Of a stretch of 55,680 nucleotides of DNA, positions 31,104 through 42,170 are shown piece after piece. Numbering within the stretch: position 1 is the stretch's first letter; the number at the start of each line of letters is the position of its first letter. Origin of the DNA: Neophaeotheca triangularis. Its lineage: Eukaryota. Position numbers and translations under genes: made by a program. Location of the stretch: the NCBI GenBank assembly GCA_054600435.1, contig BAAIJX010000087.1, positions 1-55,680 on the forward strand. The letters are read 5' to 3'. The notes below the pieces were generated by a model that saw only the letters and a list, made by a program, of their open reading frames with translations, did not search any database and was not told the DNA's origin.

Positions 31104-32120
31104 TCAAGCCGCAACCGCAGCCTCAGCAACATCATCATGCTTGCCCTCCAAATCCGCGCCCGTCGCCCGCTCAAGCACCGTAACAAAAGCCCTGCGTCTC
31201 TTCGCAGCCACATCCTCGCCGGGCAAATGCCCAACATCCACGCCCTCAAGCGCCTTGACCAAATCTTCGGGCTCCTCAGGCAGCCCCAATTTCCGCAAAG
31301 CCCGCCCAGACCTCTCGTCCACAAAGGGAAAAGCCTCAAGCCACAACCACTGCACGCGACGGAAGAAAATCTCCAACCCGGTCTTGCCCAAACCCTTGAT
31401 CTTGGACTTGAGCATCTCGCGCTCGGCGTCGACGTCTCGGGAACAGTCATCCCGCACTTTCTGCAACCGCGCGCCCTCTTTGTCGTCGGGGGTTGTGAAC
31501 ATCTCGAGAACGACGTCGGCGATCATGCCCATCTCCTGCGCCGTCTTGTCCTTGTGCTGCGTTCGCGCGTCATAGACGGCCTGGTGCCGTTTCTCGCTGC
31601 CGGCGTCTTGCACCTTCTTGGCGCTGGAGAAGTCGTAGGGGGCGTTGAGGATGGTGCGGATGGTGCGCAGGCCTAGCATGTGCGAGATTGGGCGTGAGAG
31701 GATTACCGCGCTGAGGAGCTCTTCGAAGGGGTTGAGGGTGCTGGTGGAGTAGGTGCGGGTTTCGGGGCCGCGGGTCGAGAGGTCGTTGCTTTCGTCTGCC
31801 GGTCGGCAGAGCGTGGAGGCTGAAGGGGTTAGGAGGTAGGTTAGGAGTTGGTCGCGGGTGGGTTGCGCTTTGGTTGCGCTGCGTCCGGATCTTCGGGGTG
31901 CTTTTTGGGGCGAGCTGGGTTTGGTGGCCTTTTTGCGTTTGGATGGGGAGGTTTTGGTGTCTGCGTCTGGCTTTGCTTCATCGTTGGCGGGTGGTGCTTG
32001 TTGTTTTGCTTCGCTTCCTGCACGCGCAGTGTCCGTCTTGGGATCGTCTTCTTGCTTGGGCTGCCCCTCATCCTTGCTCTTTGCTGCTGAGGCCTTGGTT
32101 GATCTCTTCTTTGGTGCCAT
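31104..32120 (-). CDS. Hypothetical protein with an HhH-GPD / endonuclease III-like helical domain and a basic disordered N-terminus
   Basis: Intronless 338-aa ORF containing PFEELLSAVILSRPI and a helix-hairpin-helix KIKGLGKTGLEIF, followed by RRVQWLW...PFVDER...LGLP. NLS-like MAPKKR and KRKK motifs. Confidence 0.75.
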   Translation of the reverse strand: MAPKKRSTKASAAKSKDEGQPKQEDDPKTDTARAGSEAKQQAPPANDEAKPDADTKTSPSKRKKATKPSSPQKAPRRSGRSATKAQPTRDQLLTYLLTPSASTLCRPADESNDLSTRGPETRTYSTSTLNPFEELLSAVILSRPISHMLGLRTIRTILNAPYDFSSAKKVQDAGSEKRHQAVYDARTQHKDKTAQEMGMIADVVLEMFTTPDDKEGARLQKVRDDCSRDVDAEREMLKSKIKGLGKTGLEIFFRRVQWLWLEAFPFVDERSGRALRKLGLPEEPEDLVKALEGVDVGHLPGEDVAAKRRRAFVTVLERATGADLEGKHDDVAEAAVAA

Positions 32121-32574
32121 GATTGGGATAAATTTCTCGAAGAAGCGAGCTCGAAGGGAAGGAATAGGATCGAGAATTCAGAAAAAAAGCGACTCGCATG
32201 TATACATACATATAGACCTACCTGATACTCGAGCTCTCCTGCCCAGCCCCATCAAGGTTCGGAGATACAGGGTACCTGCTTCTATGTCGTCACTGTCGCC
32301 AACGGTGTACATCGGTTTGGAGGACGGTATCAGATCGCCTGAGGTGCTCAAGACCTCGTTAATAATCTTCTTGATGAATTTCACGTTTGATAACGCAACC
32401 TGGGGCTCCAATCGTTGTGAAATTCACGCACCTACCTCGAATTATTGACACTTTGCGAGGTGAGGTGTTGAGATAAGGTAGCTCAGAGTAATGGAGGTGT
32501 TGCGGGGAACCCGCAGAAGGTCGTGTTTCACGTGAGACCGTGTTCTAGCGCGATTGCTCTCTGTACAGAGGTCA

Positions 32575-32580
32575 ACGCGT
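32575..32580. promoter_or_regulatory. MCB element (ACGCGT) ~100 bp upstream of the HIRAN-SNF2 gene, within the divergent promoter
   Basis: Perfect ACGCGT hexamer. MBF regulation of DNA repair genes is established in yeasts. A single hexamer can also occur by chance. Confidence 0.35.
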
Positions 32581-32677
32581 GTTTTGTCCGACGACACTTC
32601 CTCTTCTTCAAGAGAATAAAGGGGGCTTGCGAACTTGATCTCCTTCTTTCTCTCTCAACAATCAAGACACCACCGAC

Positions 32678-35569
32678 ATGTCTCCCGCAGCGAACGGCAG
32701 GGGGAAGCGCAAGCGCACGGAGATCGATCTCACCGGTGATGATAGCGCAAATGCGTCGCCAGCCACCAAAGCCCAGAGGCCTCAGCACAGCGCTAGTGCG
32801 CCCTCTCCAGCACCACCTTCGACAGGTCGCTACCAAAACGTCTACTTACCAGGATCGTACTCAAGCCAGCAGCATACTCAAACCGAGAGAGACACTTGGC
32901 TCGATGACGACAATGAGGACAATGTCAACGACACTGTCCCGGGTGGCACTCAGGCGGCCTACGACGGAACGGATCAACTCCACCACTACGGTAACATTGA
33001 AGCCAAGGTAGTTGGTGTTCAGTACTATCGTGGCATTGCAACCGCAGGCGAGACGATCCTCGTACGGCGCGAGCCATCAAATCCTTTTGACCGCAACGCC
33101 ATAAGGGTGGACAATGTCAATGGAACTCAAGTCGGCCATGTGCCTCGCACTGTTGCCGCGAAGCTCGCTCCATACATGGACCAACGTCTCGTTCACTGTG
33201 AGGGACTCCTTTCGGGTGCCATGAATCAATACGATGCTCCGCTTTCTATTCGCATTTTCGGTCCCGATCAGCTCAGTGATGAAGGCCGTCAACTCACCGC
33301 ACAGATGAAAGATGACAGGGTTCCTATCAAGTCGCTAATGGATGCCGAAAAGGCCGAAAAGGAGCGTGAGAAGCAGCGTCAGCGGGCCGAAAAGCGTCGG
33401 GCCCAGGATGAGAAGAAGCGGTTGGCGGCTGCGAGGCGTGCTGCCGCCGGCAAAGGAGCGCCAGTCCCAGCCAGTCAATCTGAGTTTGCTAACCAGCATA
33501 CGCCTGGTGGCGAAAGTGCTCCTGTCATGAGCGATATTGTCGAGGCTTCGGAACGTTTCAACCCGCGCGAACTCAGCGAGACGGCAGAAAAGTATGGGAT
33601 GCAGGAAGACGATCTGAAGAATATGCCACTCGCTCCTCAGCCTGCCGCGATCAAGACGACCATGTTGCCCTACCAACTTCAAGCACTGAATTGGCTGCTC
33701 GATCAAGAATCTCCGCCACTTCCGGGACCAAGCCCCCAGGACTCAGTGCAGCTGTGGAAGCGTCATGACAGAATCGCAGGCGCCTACACTAATCTGGCTA
33801 CCAACCATTCAGTTCAGCAAGCACCCACCATGGCCAGTGGTGGCATTCTCTCCGACGACATGGGGCTTGGCAAGACTCTAGAAATCATCTCGCTTCTAGT
33901 TGCCGACAACGCCAAGGCCGGAAAGTCGACCGGCACCTCTCTGGTTGTCTGTCCTCTTTCCGTCATGTCGAATTGGGTCGATCAAATAGCCCGCCATGTT
34001 CGCGAGGAGCACGCCCTCAAGGTCTACAAATATCATGGCTCTGGCCGTGTGCACATGACAGCTGCAGACCTTTCGCAATACGATGTGGTGGTTACGACAT
34101 ATGGTACCTTGGCCAGCGACCATATGCCCCGAGGCAAGGGCTCAAAAGCCCTTGAGAATGAGCTGCGCTCATCAGGTCTATACAGCGTACATTGGCGGCG
34201 CATCATCCTCGACGAGGCGCACAGCGTCCGCAATCCCGTCTCCAAGGGTGCGGCAGCGTGCACCGCAGTCATGGCAACCTCGAGATGGTGTTTGACCGGG
34301 ACGCCGATCGTTAATAGTCTCAAGGACCTTTTCTGTCTCGTTCGGTTCATCGGCATCACTGGCGGTCTTGAAAAGCTCGAAATCTTCAACAGCGCTCTTG
34401 TTCGACCCCTGAAGCAAGGCGATCCAAGTGCTACTTTTTTATTGCAAGCTCTGATGGCAGCGTTCACACTCAGGCGCAAGAAAGAGATGGCGTTCGTCGA
34501 CCTCAAATTGCCGGGTCTCGAAGAATACGTCCATCGCATTCCCTTCACCGACAAAGAACAGCAACGCTACAACGCTCTCGAGGCCGAAGCCAAAGGCTTG
34601 TTCAAATCAATCCAGAACAAGGCCGCAGCTCCCGACACAGGCTCCAAGGATACGTACCAGCACCTGCTTGAGATTCTGCTGAGGATGCGACAGAGCTGCA
34701 ACCACGTTGACTTGTGCGGCGAGGGACGTGTGGCGGACCTTCTGGCGCAGCTCGAGAGCCAGAAGACCGTAAATCTAACGCCTGAGAATCGCAAGACGTT
34801 GCAAGATCTGCTGCAGTTGAGCATCGAGAGCCAGGAAGAATGCGCCATCTGCCTCGAGTCATTGCACAATCCCGTTATCACTACGTGCGCCCACGCATTT
34901 GGGCAAGAGTGCATCAGCCGCGTCATCGAAACCCAGGGCAAATGCCCAATGTGCCGCGCCGAACTCAAAGACGCCGAGTGCCTCGTACAGCCCGCCACTG
35001 AATGCGGCGACGAGGATACCCAGGCTGATGCCATAGACGCGACAAACTCCAGCAGCAAGCTCGAAGCGCTCCTCACAATCCTCAAAGCCACGAAAGCCAA
35101 GGGCGACAAGACCGTCATCTTCAGCCAATGGACCAAGTTCCTGGACATCGTGCAGACCCGTCTCGAGAGCGAAGGCTACAAGTACTGTCGCATCGACGGC
35201 ACCATGCCAGCCCCGAAACGCGACATGGCCCTCGGCCGGCTGGAGAACGACAACGACACGACAATCATGCTCGCTTCCCTCGGCGTCTGCGCCGTCGGTC
35301 TCAACTTGACTGCCGCAAACCAGGTCATCTTGTCAGACTCCTGGTGGGCTCCGGCCATCGAAGACCAGGCCGTCGACCGCGTGCACCGTCTGGGTCAAAA
35401 GAAGGAAACTCGCGTTTTCCGGCTTGTCATGGAGCAGAGTATCGAGGAGAGCGTGCTGGACGTTCAGAAGACTAAGCGCAAGCTTATGATGCTGGCTTTT
35501 TCGGAGAAGAGCAACAAGAGGAATGGGAAGGAGGGGAGGTTGGCGGATTTGCAGAAGCTGCTGGGTTGA
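32678..35569 (+). CDS. HIRAN-SNF2-RING helicase / E3 ligase (HLTF/Rad5 family)
   Basis: HIRAN (VVGVQYYRG...REPSNPFDRNAIRV...VGHVPR), SNF2 motif I GGILSDDMGLGKT, DEAH, TGTP, a C3HC4 RING (CAICLE...CAHAF...CPMC), and HELICc (FSQW, GLNL, QAVDRVHRLGQ). Confidence 0.95.
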   Translation: MSPAANGRGKRKRTEIDLTGDDSANASPATKAQRPQHSASAPSPAPPSTGRYQNVYLPGSYSSQQHTQTERDTWLDDDNEDNVNDTVPGGTQAAYDGTDQLHHYGNIEAKVVGVQYYRGIATAGETILVRREPSNPFDRNAIRVDNVNGTQVGHVPRTVAAKLAPYMDQRLVHCEGLLSGAMNQYDAPLSIRIFGPDQLSDEGRQLTAQMKDDRVPIKSLMDAEKAEKEREKQRQRAEKRRAQDEKKRLAAARRAAAGKGAPVPASQSEFANQHTPGGESAPVMSDIVEASERFNPRELSETAEKYGMQEDDLKNMPLAPQPAAIKTTMLPYQLQALNWLLDQESPPLPGPSPQDSVQLWKRHDRIAGAYTNLATNHSVQQAPTMASGGILSDDMGLGKTLEIISLLVADNAKAGKSTGTSLVVCPLSVMSNWVDQIARHVREEHALKVYKYHGSGRVHMTAADLSQYDVVVTTYGTLASDHMPRGKGSKALENELRSSGLYSVHWRRIILDEAHSVRNPVSKGAAACTAVMATSRWCLTGTPIVNSLKDLFCLVRFIGITGGLEKLEIFNSALVRPLKQGDPSATFLLQALMAAFTLRRKKEMAFVDLKLPGLEEYVHRIPFTDKEQQRYNALEAEAKGLFKSIQNKAAAPDTGSKDTYQHLLEILLRMRQSCNHVDLCGEGRVADLLAQLESQKTVNLTPENRKTLQDLLQLSIESQEECAICLESLHNPVITTCAHAFGQECISRVIETQGKCPMCRAELKDAECLVQPATECGDEDTQADAIDATNSSSKLEALLTILKATKAKGDKTVIFSQWTKFLDIVQTRLESEGYKYCRIDGTMPAPKRDMALGRLENDNDTTIMLASLGVCAVGLNLTAANQVILSDSWWAPAIEDQAVDRVHRLGQKKETRVFRLVMEQSIEESVLDVQKTKRKLMMLAFSEKSNKRNGKEGRLADLQKLLG

Positions 35570-36335
35570 GCGGCGGGAGGAAGTGGGCGTGATGAAGATG
35601 AGGGTGGAGATCATGAAGGTGGAGGTAAATGGCTCGCTTGCAAGTTTGTGGCTGTATGATGTGATGTGACGAGACCATCTTGACTTTCATGAGCTCAGAA
35701 ATGTATCAGTAGATGATAGATCACGTAGTCATATATATTACGCCTCGATTGTATCTTACAGCTGTCGAGTCCCTTTGGCTCAGAGAGCAAGTAGAGCTGC
35801 AATTGAAGGCATCGAAAACGATCCGGACGGAATTCTTTGATCCCGACAGACAAGAAATGTCCCATCAATAATGTCATCCTCTGGCACTAATAAGCCGTAC
35901 TCCCGTATTGCCTGTCCTAAGGTAGGTAGGTAGGTAGCGGTCGTTGTGTTACCACCACATGTTCCAACTTTGGAACACGTAGCGGACTGCGAAAATCGCC
36001 TCGGGCGATTTTTTGTTTTGCGGATGCCTTGGATTCATGATGCCTTAGATTCATGATGCGGCGAATGGACGAGGAGATGGTAGGGAGAAAGAGAGCTTCA
36101 AAGACCAATGATGCCGATGAGAGCGAAAGTCGAAGCATGACTAGGGCGGCCAATGGGGAAGGCGTCTTGTCTGTCGCTATACCGAGCAATCAGGCGCGCG
36201 GACATGGAAGCGGGATTATTAAACCCCAAAAGACAGCACCTTACAATGGTAGACACACAGGGAGAAAAACAAAGGGGGGGACGTGGCAAATACGAAACAT
36301 CAGCTGCATTGAGCTCCCACCCACCGCCCCCTCAC

Positions 36336-37862
36336 TCAATCAAAAGTCATCTTCTTCCCTTGGAAAGCGACAGGCGCGCTCTTCTTCTCCTTGGCCCTCT
36401 TCGCAGCCTCCCAACTCGGATGCAACGGCCCACTATCATCCTTCTTCGCCGGCTTCCTCTCAGCAACGCCAAGCCCATTACTCCCAGTCGGCGTCGTCGT
36501 CGACGCTCCCCTACCGCCTCTGCCACCAATCCCGCCCCCTCTTCCCCTACCCCGGAACCGCTGCGGCCCACCGCGAAAAGACTCCGTGGCGCCCCGCTTA
36601 GCATCCCAGCCGGCGTTGCGATCAGCCGCGGCTCCGCTCCCGCCGCCAGCTTGCACATGCTTGGCTTTGGCGCCGAATTTCTTCTCCCAGATTTGCTGCC
36701 GGGCGCGCTGGCCGCGACGGTTCTTTTTCGGCGCGACGTCCATGTCGGCGTCGTCGAGGTCTGAGCCGGAGCCTGAGACGTAGCCGCCCATGCTGAGGGA
36801 GGGGAGGAAAGTTGTTTTCTTCAGGGCAGGGGCTTTGCGGGGTTCGGGGGAGGATTCGTTAGGGGACGATTCTGGCTCAGCGGCGTCGGAGAGGGAGAGG
36901 TCGGCTGAGAGGTCGTATTGGGAGGGTTTTTGGGTTTTGGAAGGGTTGGCGCGTTGCTGTATGCCCTCGAGTTCTAGTTGTTTTTCTAGGTTGTCGATGT
37001 CCTCGTCGTCGTCGTCATCCGAGTGTTCGCCGTCGGATGAACCTAGTCTGTCGTCGAAATCCGCAAACATGGCCGACCCGTCGCTATCCCCGCCCCTCTC
37101 ATCCTCATCATCACTCTCTTCTCCCTCCTCCTCATCATCCTCCTTCTTCACCCGCTTTTGTGAACCACCCTGACCGCGCTTCCCTTCCCCATCCCCAACG
37201 AACCCCCCTGGTCCCCCCTCCTCAAAATCCTTCGCCCTCAACCTCTTCCCCCCTTTACCCCCCTTGACCACCTCAATCCCAAGCGCCCTCTGCACCTCCT
37301 CCAACGCCAGCGGCAAAACCTCCCTAACCGGATTGGAATTACACAACCTCGCATGAACATTCAAGCGCGCCGGATCCAGCGCCAGCTGCCCGGCGGAAAA
37401 CCGCCTCACCTCCCCCGGCAGCGCAGAACACGCACTCACAGCCTTGATCCTGAGCAAAGATTTGAAAAACAAATGTCTAGCCGATGTAGCATTGTCAAGA
37501 GTCTGTCATGCCACCCACGGAAAAATTAAAGAGCTGTCAGCCTACCTAGTCCTCTCTCTTCCTCTCTCTTTCGGAAAATACCCCAAGTCTCATCTCGCGA
37601 TAGTTGGAGGGAAGCGTACCTTTAGCGCAGCGATCTCGGCATTGATACGCAGCAGCACTTCCTCGCCCTCATTGTTGCGCTCGCAAGTCGCCTTCTTTTG
37701 CCTGCGGCCCAGTTTCTGCCGCTCGAAGCCTTTGGCGATTTTGAAAGCGTGGGCGAGTTTGCGCACGTTTTGGTCGAGTTTGAAAGCCGCGCGTTGGTTT
37801 TGGATGCTCGTGCCGTCGGCGGCTGGGCTGCTGGCGTCGGAGCCTCGCTTGCGTTTGGGCAT
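36336..37862 (-). CDS. BUD22: Bud22/SRFBP1 ribosome biogenesis protein. Exons 37862-37620, 37502-36336
   Basis: Motifs AKGFERQKLGRR, KKNRRGQRARQQIWEKKFG and LHPSWEAAKRAKEKK...FQGKKMTFD. The intron 37619-37503 restores ALK|TLDNATSARHLFFK. Confidence 0.9.
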
Positions 37863-38606
37863 TGGTCTGGTGAGTGTGGGTTGGCGGTGGGTGGTTTGCG
37901 GGTTGACAATACATACCCTGGCTAGGTTTGTTGCAGGGCTGGAGAAGGAAAGCTACCTTAGCTTCGAGAAGGCGCTCGGCCTGATTTTGCTTTTTCAGGG
38001 TTAGTGTTTGGTTAAGATGTAGGCAATAATCCATTCGATAGACCTGTCACCTTACCTCCTATAAGAGTGAACAATATCGACGTGTTAATGATTTGAGTTA
38101 TCAAGGTTTAGGGTGGGTGATTTTGCAACCCTCCGTTCCGCAACAAGACACCTCATCTTTGAGCAATCGCGAGGCAACCCATATCCAACAAGCGACGACA
38201 GTATACACACGCAGGTACACGGGCTAGCAAGACCACACATGCAAATACAACACGGCACACATAATCCCCACCAAACTCCCACCAGCAACACAGCATTGGC
38301 AAAACCAAATTCCAAGATGAAAAAACCATGTGTCGCTAAAGAAGCTAAAGACAAATTCGCAATCCCGTCTCCCATTCCCGCATTCTCTATTACTCTCCCC
38401 ACCCTCAATCCCTCTTTCTTTCAAACTCAGACTTGAGCATCTCATAGTCGACAGCGACTGCCTCATAATCTCAATAGCGGTCTCCTTGATACCTACTATC
38501 TGTGCCCGACATTCAATCTCATCCGAAATCCCATCCCTTAGTCCATGCACTTGCAACGCCCTCGTCCCAAGATTTTTTTTTAAAACACATCGATGACGTG
38601 AATAGC

Positions 38607-40916
38607 TTAACTGGTAGTCTGAGGGCCAGCCTTGATGACATCGGCCGTGGCCTCGTCCTTGTACTTTTCGAAATTCTCATTGAACAGCTTGCCGAGCTTG
38701 TTAACCTCCTCGCTGAAGTCGGCAGTACCGGTCCAAGACTTCTTGGGGTTAAGGAGCTCATCGGGAACATTCGGGCACGATTTTGGAACTATCGGCTGTT
38801 AGCAACGCACACGAGAACTATAGCAAGTGGTGAGGGGAAAGAATGGGTGAACGTACCAGGCAAGTTGAAGACGTCGTAAGTCTCGTACTCAACCTTCGCA
38901 AGCTCACCAGAGTGGATAGCGTCGAGGATGGCGCGAGTGTACTTGAGCGGGCAACGCTTGCCACCGGTGGTAGCACCGGCACCGACCCAACCGGTGTTCA
39001 GCAACCAGGCATTGGCGCCGTGCTCGGAGATCTTCTTGGCCAGCATGGAGGCGTAACGCATGGGGTGCAGCGCCAGGAAGGGCTGGGCAAAGCACGACGA
39101 GAAAGTCGCCTGGGGCTCGGTTACACCCTCCTCGGTTCCGGCCATCTTGGAAGTGTAACCAGAAATGAAGTGGAACATGGTCTGCTCGGTGGTGAGCTTG
39201 GAGATGGGCGGCAGGACACCGCGAGCGTCGCAGGTCAGGAGGATGATGTTGGTGGGGTGGTTGGTCGACATGCAGGGGATCTTGGTGTTCTCGATGTACT
39301 CGATAGGGTAAGCGCAGCGGGTGTTTTCGGTAAGGGTTGCGTCGTCGTAGTCGACGACACGGGTAATGGGGTCGAAGACGGTGTTCTCGAGGATGGCGCC
39401 GAACTTGATGGCGTTGAAGATGTCGGGTTCCTTCTCGGCGGAAAGACCGATACATTTGGCGTAGCAGCCGCCTTCAATGTTGAAGACGCCGCGGTCACTC
39501 CAGCAGTGCTCGTCGTCACCAATGAGGGCACGCTTAGGGTCGGCGGAAAGGGTGGTCTTGCCGGTTCCGGACAGGCCAAAGAAAACGGTGACGTCGCCGC
39601 TCTTGCCCTCGTTGGCGGAGGAGTGGAGGGTCAGGACGTTGTGCTTGACGGGCATCTCGTAGAAGAGCACGGTGAAGATGCCCTTCTTCATCTCACCGGC
39701 ATACTCGGTACCGAGAATGACCATTTCCTTCTCGGAGAAGTTGATGGCCACGGAGGTCGCAGAGGTCATACCGGTGGTGAATCTGTTGGCAGGGAAAGCA
39801 CCGGCATTATAGATAACGTAGTCGGGGTGGAAGTGTTCGAGCTCCTTTCTCGACGGCCTGATGAGCATATTCCGCATGAAGAGAGCATGGTAAGCACGCG
39901 CGCAGACGACGCGGACGTTGATCCTGTAACGCTCGTCCCATCCTGCGTAGCCGTCGACGACGTAAATGCGGTTACGGGTGTTGAGGTAGTCGATTGCTCG
40001 CTCTCTATTGATACGCCAGACCTGTCAAAACATTCACATGTCAGTTCATTTGTAGCTAAAATGTCAAGCTCGTTAGGTAGTGTAGTCTCCTTAACCCCGA
40101 CTTGACCCGAGATGCGGGGCACAGGCTCGCATCTCGGCAAAGCTGCAAGGCATGACGTCGGATCCGTCTATTGCCTGAGGTGCTTCCCGTCCTGCCCCAC
40201 CAACACGCGACTTTCTCCATGGCCCGCGTGTATGCGCGAAACAAGCCTCGGTCAAAGAATCAAAGAACAGACAAGGTAAGAACCGTGTCCGAGGCTGGCG
40301 AGAAAAGGCGGCATGTGTAGTAGATGTCGTAACAAGGAAAACAGAGGCAGGCAACAACTCACATCAGGCGTCATGGGCTTATTGACCGGACCCCACCAGA
40401 CATCCTTCTCCGAGCTCTCCTCTTGCACAATCCGCTTGTCCGAGGGCGAACGGCCCGTCTTAGCACCAGAGTAGGCGGAGAGGGCGCCGGACGAGGTGAT
40501 GGCGGAACCCGTCTCGTAGACTAGGGCATCTTCGTAGAGGGCAGGGACGGAAGGGTTGGCGACCTAGGTAGAACGGAAATGCATATCAGTAAGTCGTCAA
40601 AGTCCGAGGAAGTTGTAATGCTTGAAGCTAGGTAGCTTCAGTAGCAATTAAGATCATGCAGTGAGTGGCCTTACAATGGCGACGCGGTCGTAGTCAATGT
40701 GCGCTCTCTCGTGGAGTTCCTCTTCCAGCTCCGTGTGCTCTCTTTGCGGCTCGACACCGCCCGGGTGAAGGGCGGTCTTGTTGACGGTTTGGGCCTGGAG
40801 GAGGAGGAGTGAGTGTCAGTTCAGTAGGAAAGGATATATCGAGCCGATGCCATTCCAGTAGCAGCAGCAGCAGCAGCATTTCGGCATGTCGGAAATGTAT
40901 AGGTACTCACAACCAT
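38607..40916 (-). CDS. PCK1: Phosphoenolpyruvate carboxykinase (ATP), acuF orthologue. Exons 40916-40911 (6-nt ATG GTT), 40794-40675, 40563-40363, 40021-38857, 38788-38607
   Basis: Motifs [37 protein letters not shown] and HIDYDRVAI. Four canonical introns give a continuous frame ending GPQTTS*. Confidence 0.97.
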
Positions 40917-40993
40917 CGTGGGCGGACAGGAGAGGGTCTTGAGCGAAGTGGACTTGAATTAATTGTCACGCAAAAAGTTGACTGACTGGCTGG

Positions 40994-41022
40994 TTGATTG
41001 ATTGATTGATTGATTGATTGAT
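40994..41022. repeat. (TTGA)n microsatellite in the PCK1 5' region
   Basis: About 7 tandem TTGA units. Confidence 0.9.
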
Positions 41023-41311
41023 CGGGAGGACCGGGTGAGTGTGTGGGAGCGAGGGGGGTGTGGGAGCAGGACGTCTGTCTTTTATGTTGCCGCTCATGGA
41101 CCCGGGTCTAGGTAGTTAGGCTGTGCTGTAGCTCCCCAAGTTACCTACCTCCGTACCTTATTACCTGTACCTTACGTTATTATTTACGCCTGGCAGAAAG
41201 CTTGCCGAGCGTCAAAGTAGGAGAGCTAGCGGTGCTTGCGTTTCTGTAAACTATTGCCGTGCACTGATTGGCTCCCGCGACCGCGAGCTGGCCTGGTGGA
41301 TTGAAGAGGCT

Positions 41312-41324
41312 CGGGCAGGATCGG
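41312..41324 (-). promoter_or_regulatory. CCG-N7-CCG motif (AcuK/AcuM-type Zn2Cys6 site) in the PCK1 promoter
   Basis: Plus-strand CGG-GCAGGAT-CGG lies ~400 bp upstream of the PCK1 ATG. CCGN7CCG is the described AcuK/AcuM element of gluconeogenic genes in Aspergillus nidulans. Nearby are CCAAT (~41266) and CreA-type SYGGRG sites (41363, 41603). Confidence 0.6.
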
Positions 41325-42170
41325 AAGCTGCCTTTGCTTGCTGCGGACAGAGTCGTCGATTTGTGGGGGGTTTTGATCTTTTTCACCAAGCTCCGCCATC
41401 ATCCTGTCCCGACTAAAAAAGTGTTAATGGTAAAGCACCTAAATGCTGTGGAAAATGTACGTTAGGGGAACATTGTTATTGATGCCGCTTATCAGTCAAT
41501 CCTCTTGAGACGGATCAATGGAACAGTACCTAGTAAAGTTATTTACATTCCACCTCTGCTGTCATCCGTACCTAACTACTAATAAAACTCCCTGGCCCAT
41601 TTGCGGGGTTGGACCATGGGCAAAATCACTTGCCGTTCCTGCGAGCACCCGTTTCTCCAGACTGACCATCTCCAGTGCTCCACGCTGAGCCGCAGTCTAG
41701 TGTAGCTATAGGCTAGTCGAGCCAAGGAATACTATCTTGTCACTTGCGTCGGTGCAAGTAGTACCTCCTAGTACTAGTAGTACAAAAAGGCCTCGGCGAA
41801 CAAAGAATCCCACCCACTCCCGATTGGAGGAAACCGTTTCCCTCGCCCTGCCTTCAACCCATGTGAGCTTCCGTTCGTACAGACAGCTTCCCTTGTTCCG
41901 AATAGCCCCGGCAGAACAACACCAAAGCCCGCCCGACATCAAACAGTCCCACTCTACCTCCTACGCCGACTGACGCACGATAACGCGACAGCCCATCATT
42001 CGCGCGTAATGCGTGTCATGCAGTCAACAACAATAACCTCAAAGCGATATATCACGCTGGGCACGCTCATACCCTTCCTCATAAGCGGCCATCTCCATCT
42101 GCGCCCTCCGACCCTTCAAAAATTTCGGCGTGCTAGGCAACTTCCTCACCTTCCTATGGGCCTTCGAGTC

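Noticed and set aside
37503..37619. 117-nt BUD22 intron as a possible snoRNA host
   Set aside because: Only a degenerate C-like GAGATGA, the CTGA is the branch site, and no rRNA complement was recognised.
38843..40105. 420-aa plus-strand ORF
   Set aside because: Antisense shadow of the highly codon-biased PCK1.
40623..40640. TGAAGCTA-GG-TAGCTTCA inverted repeat in PCK1 intron 2
   Set aside because: Short palindrome with a 2-nt loop and no supporting context.
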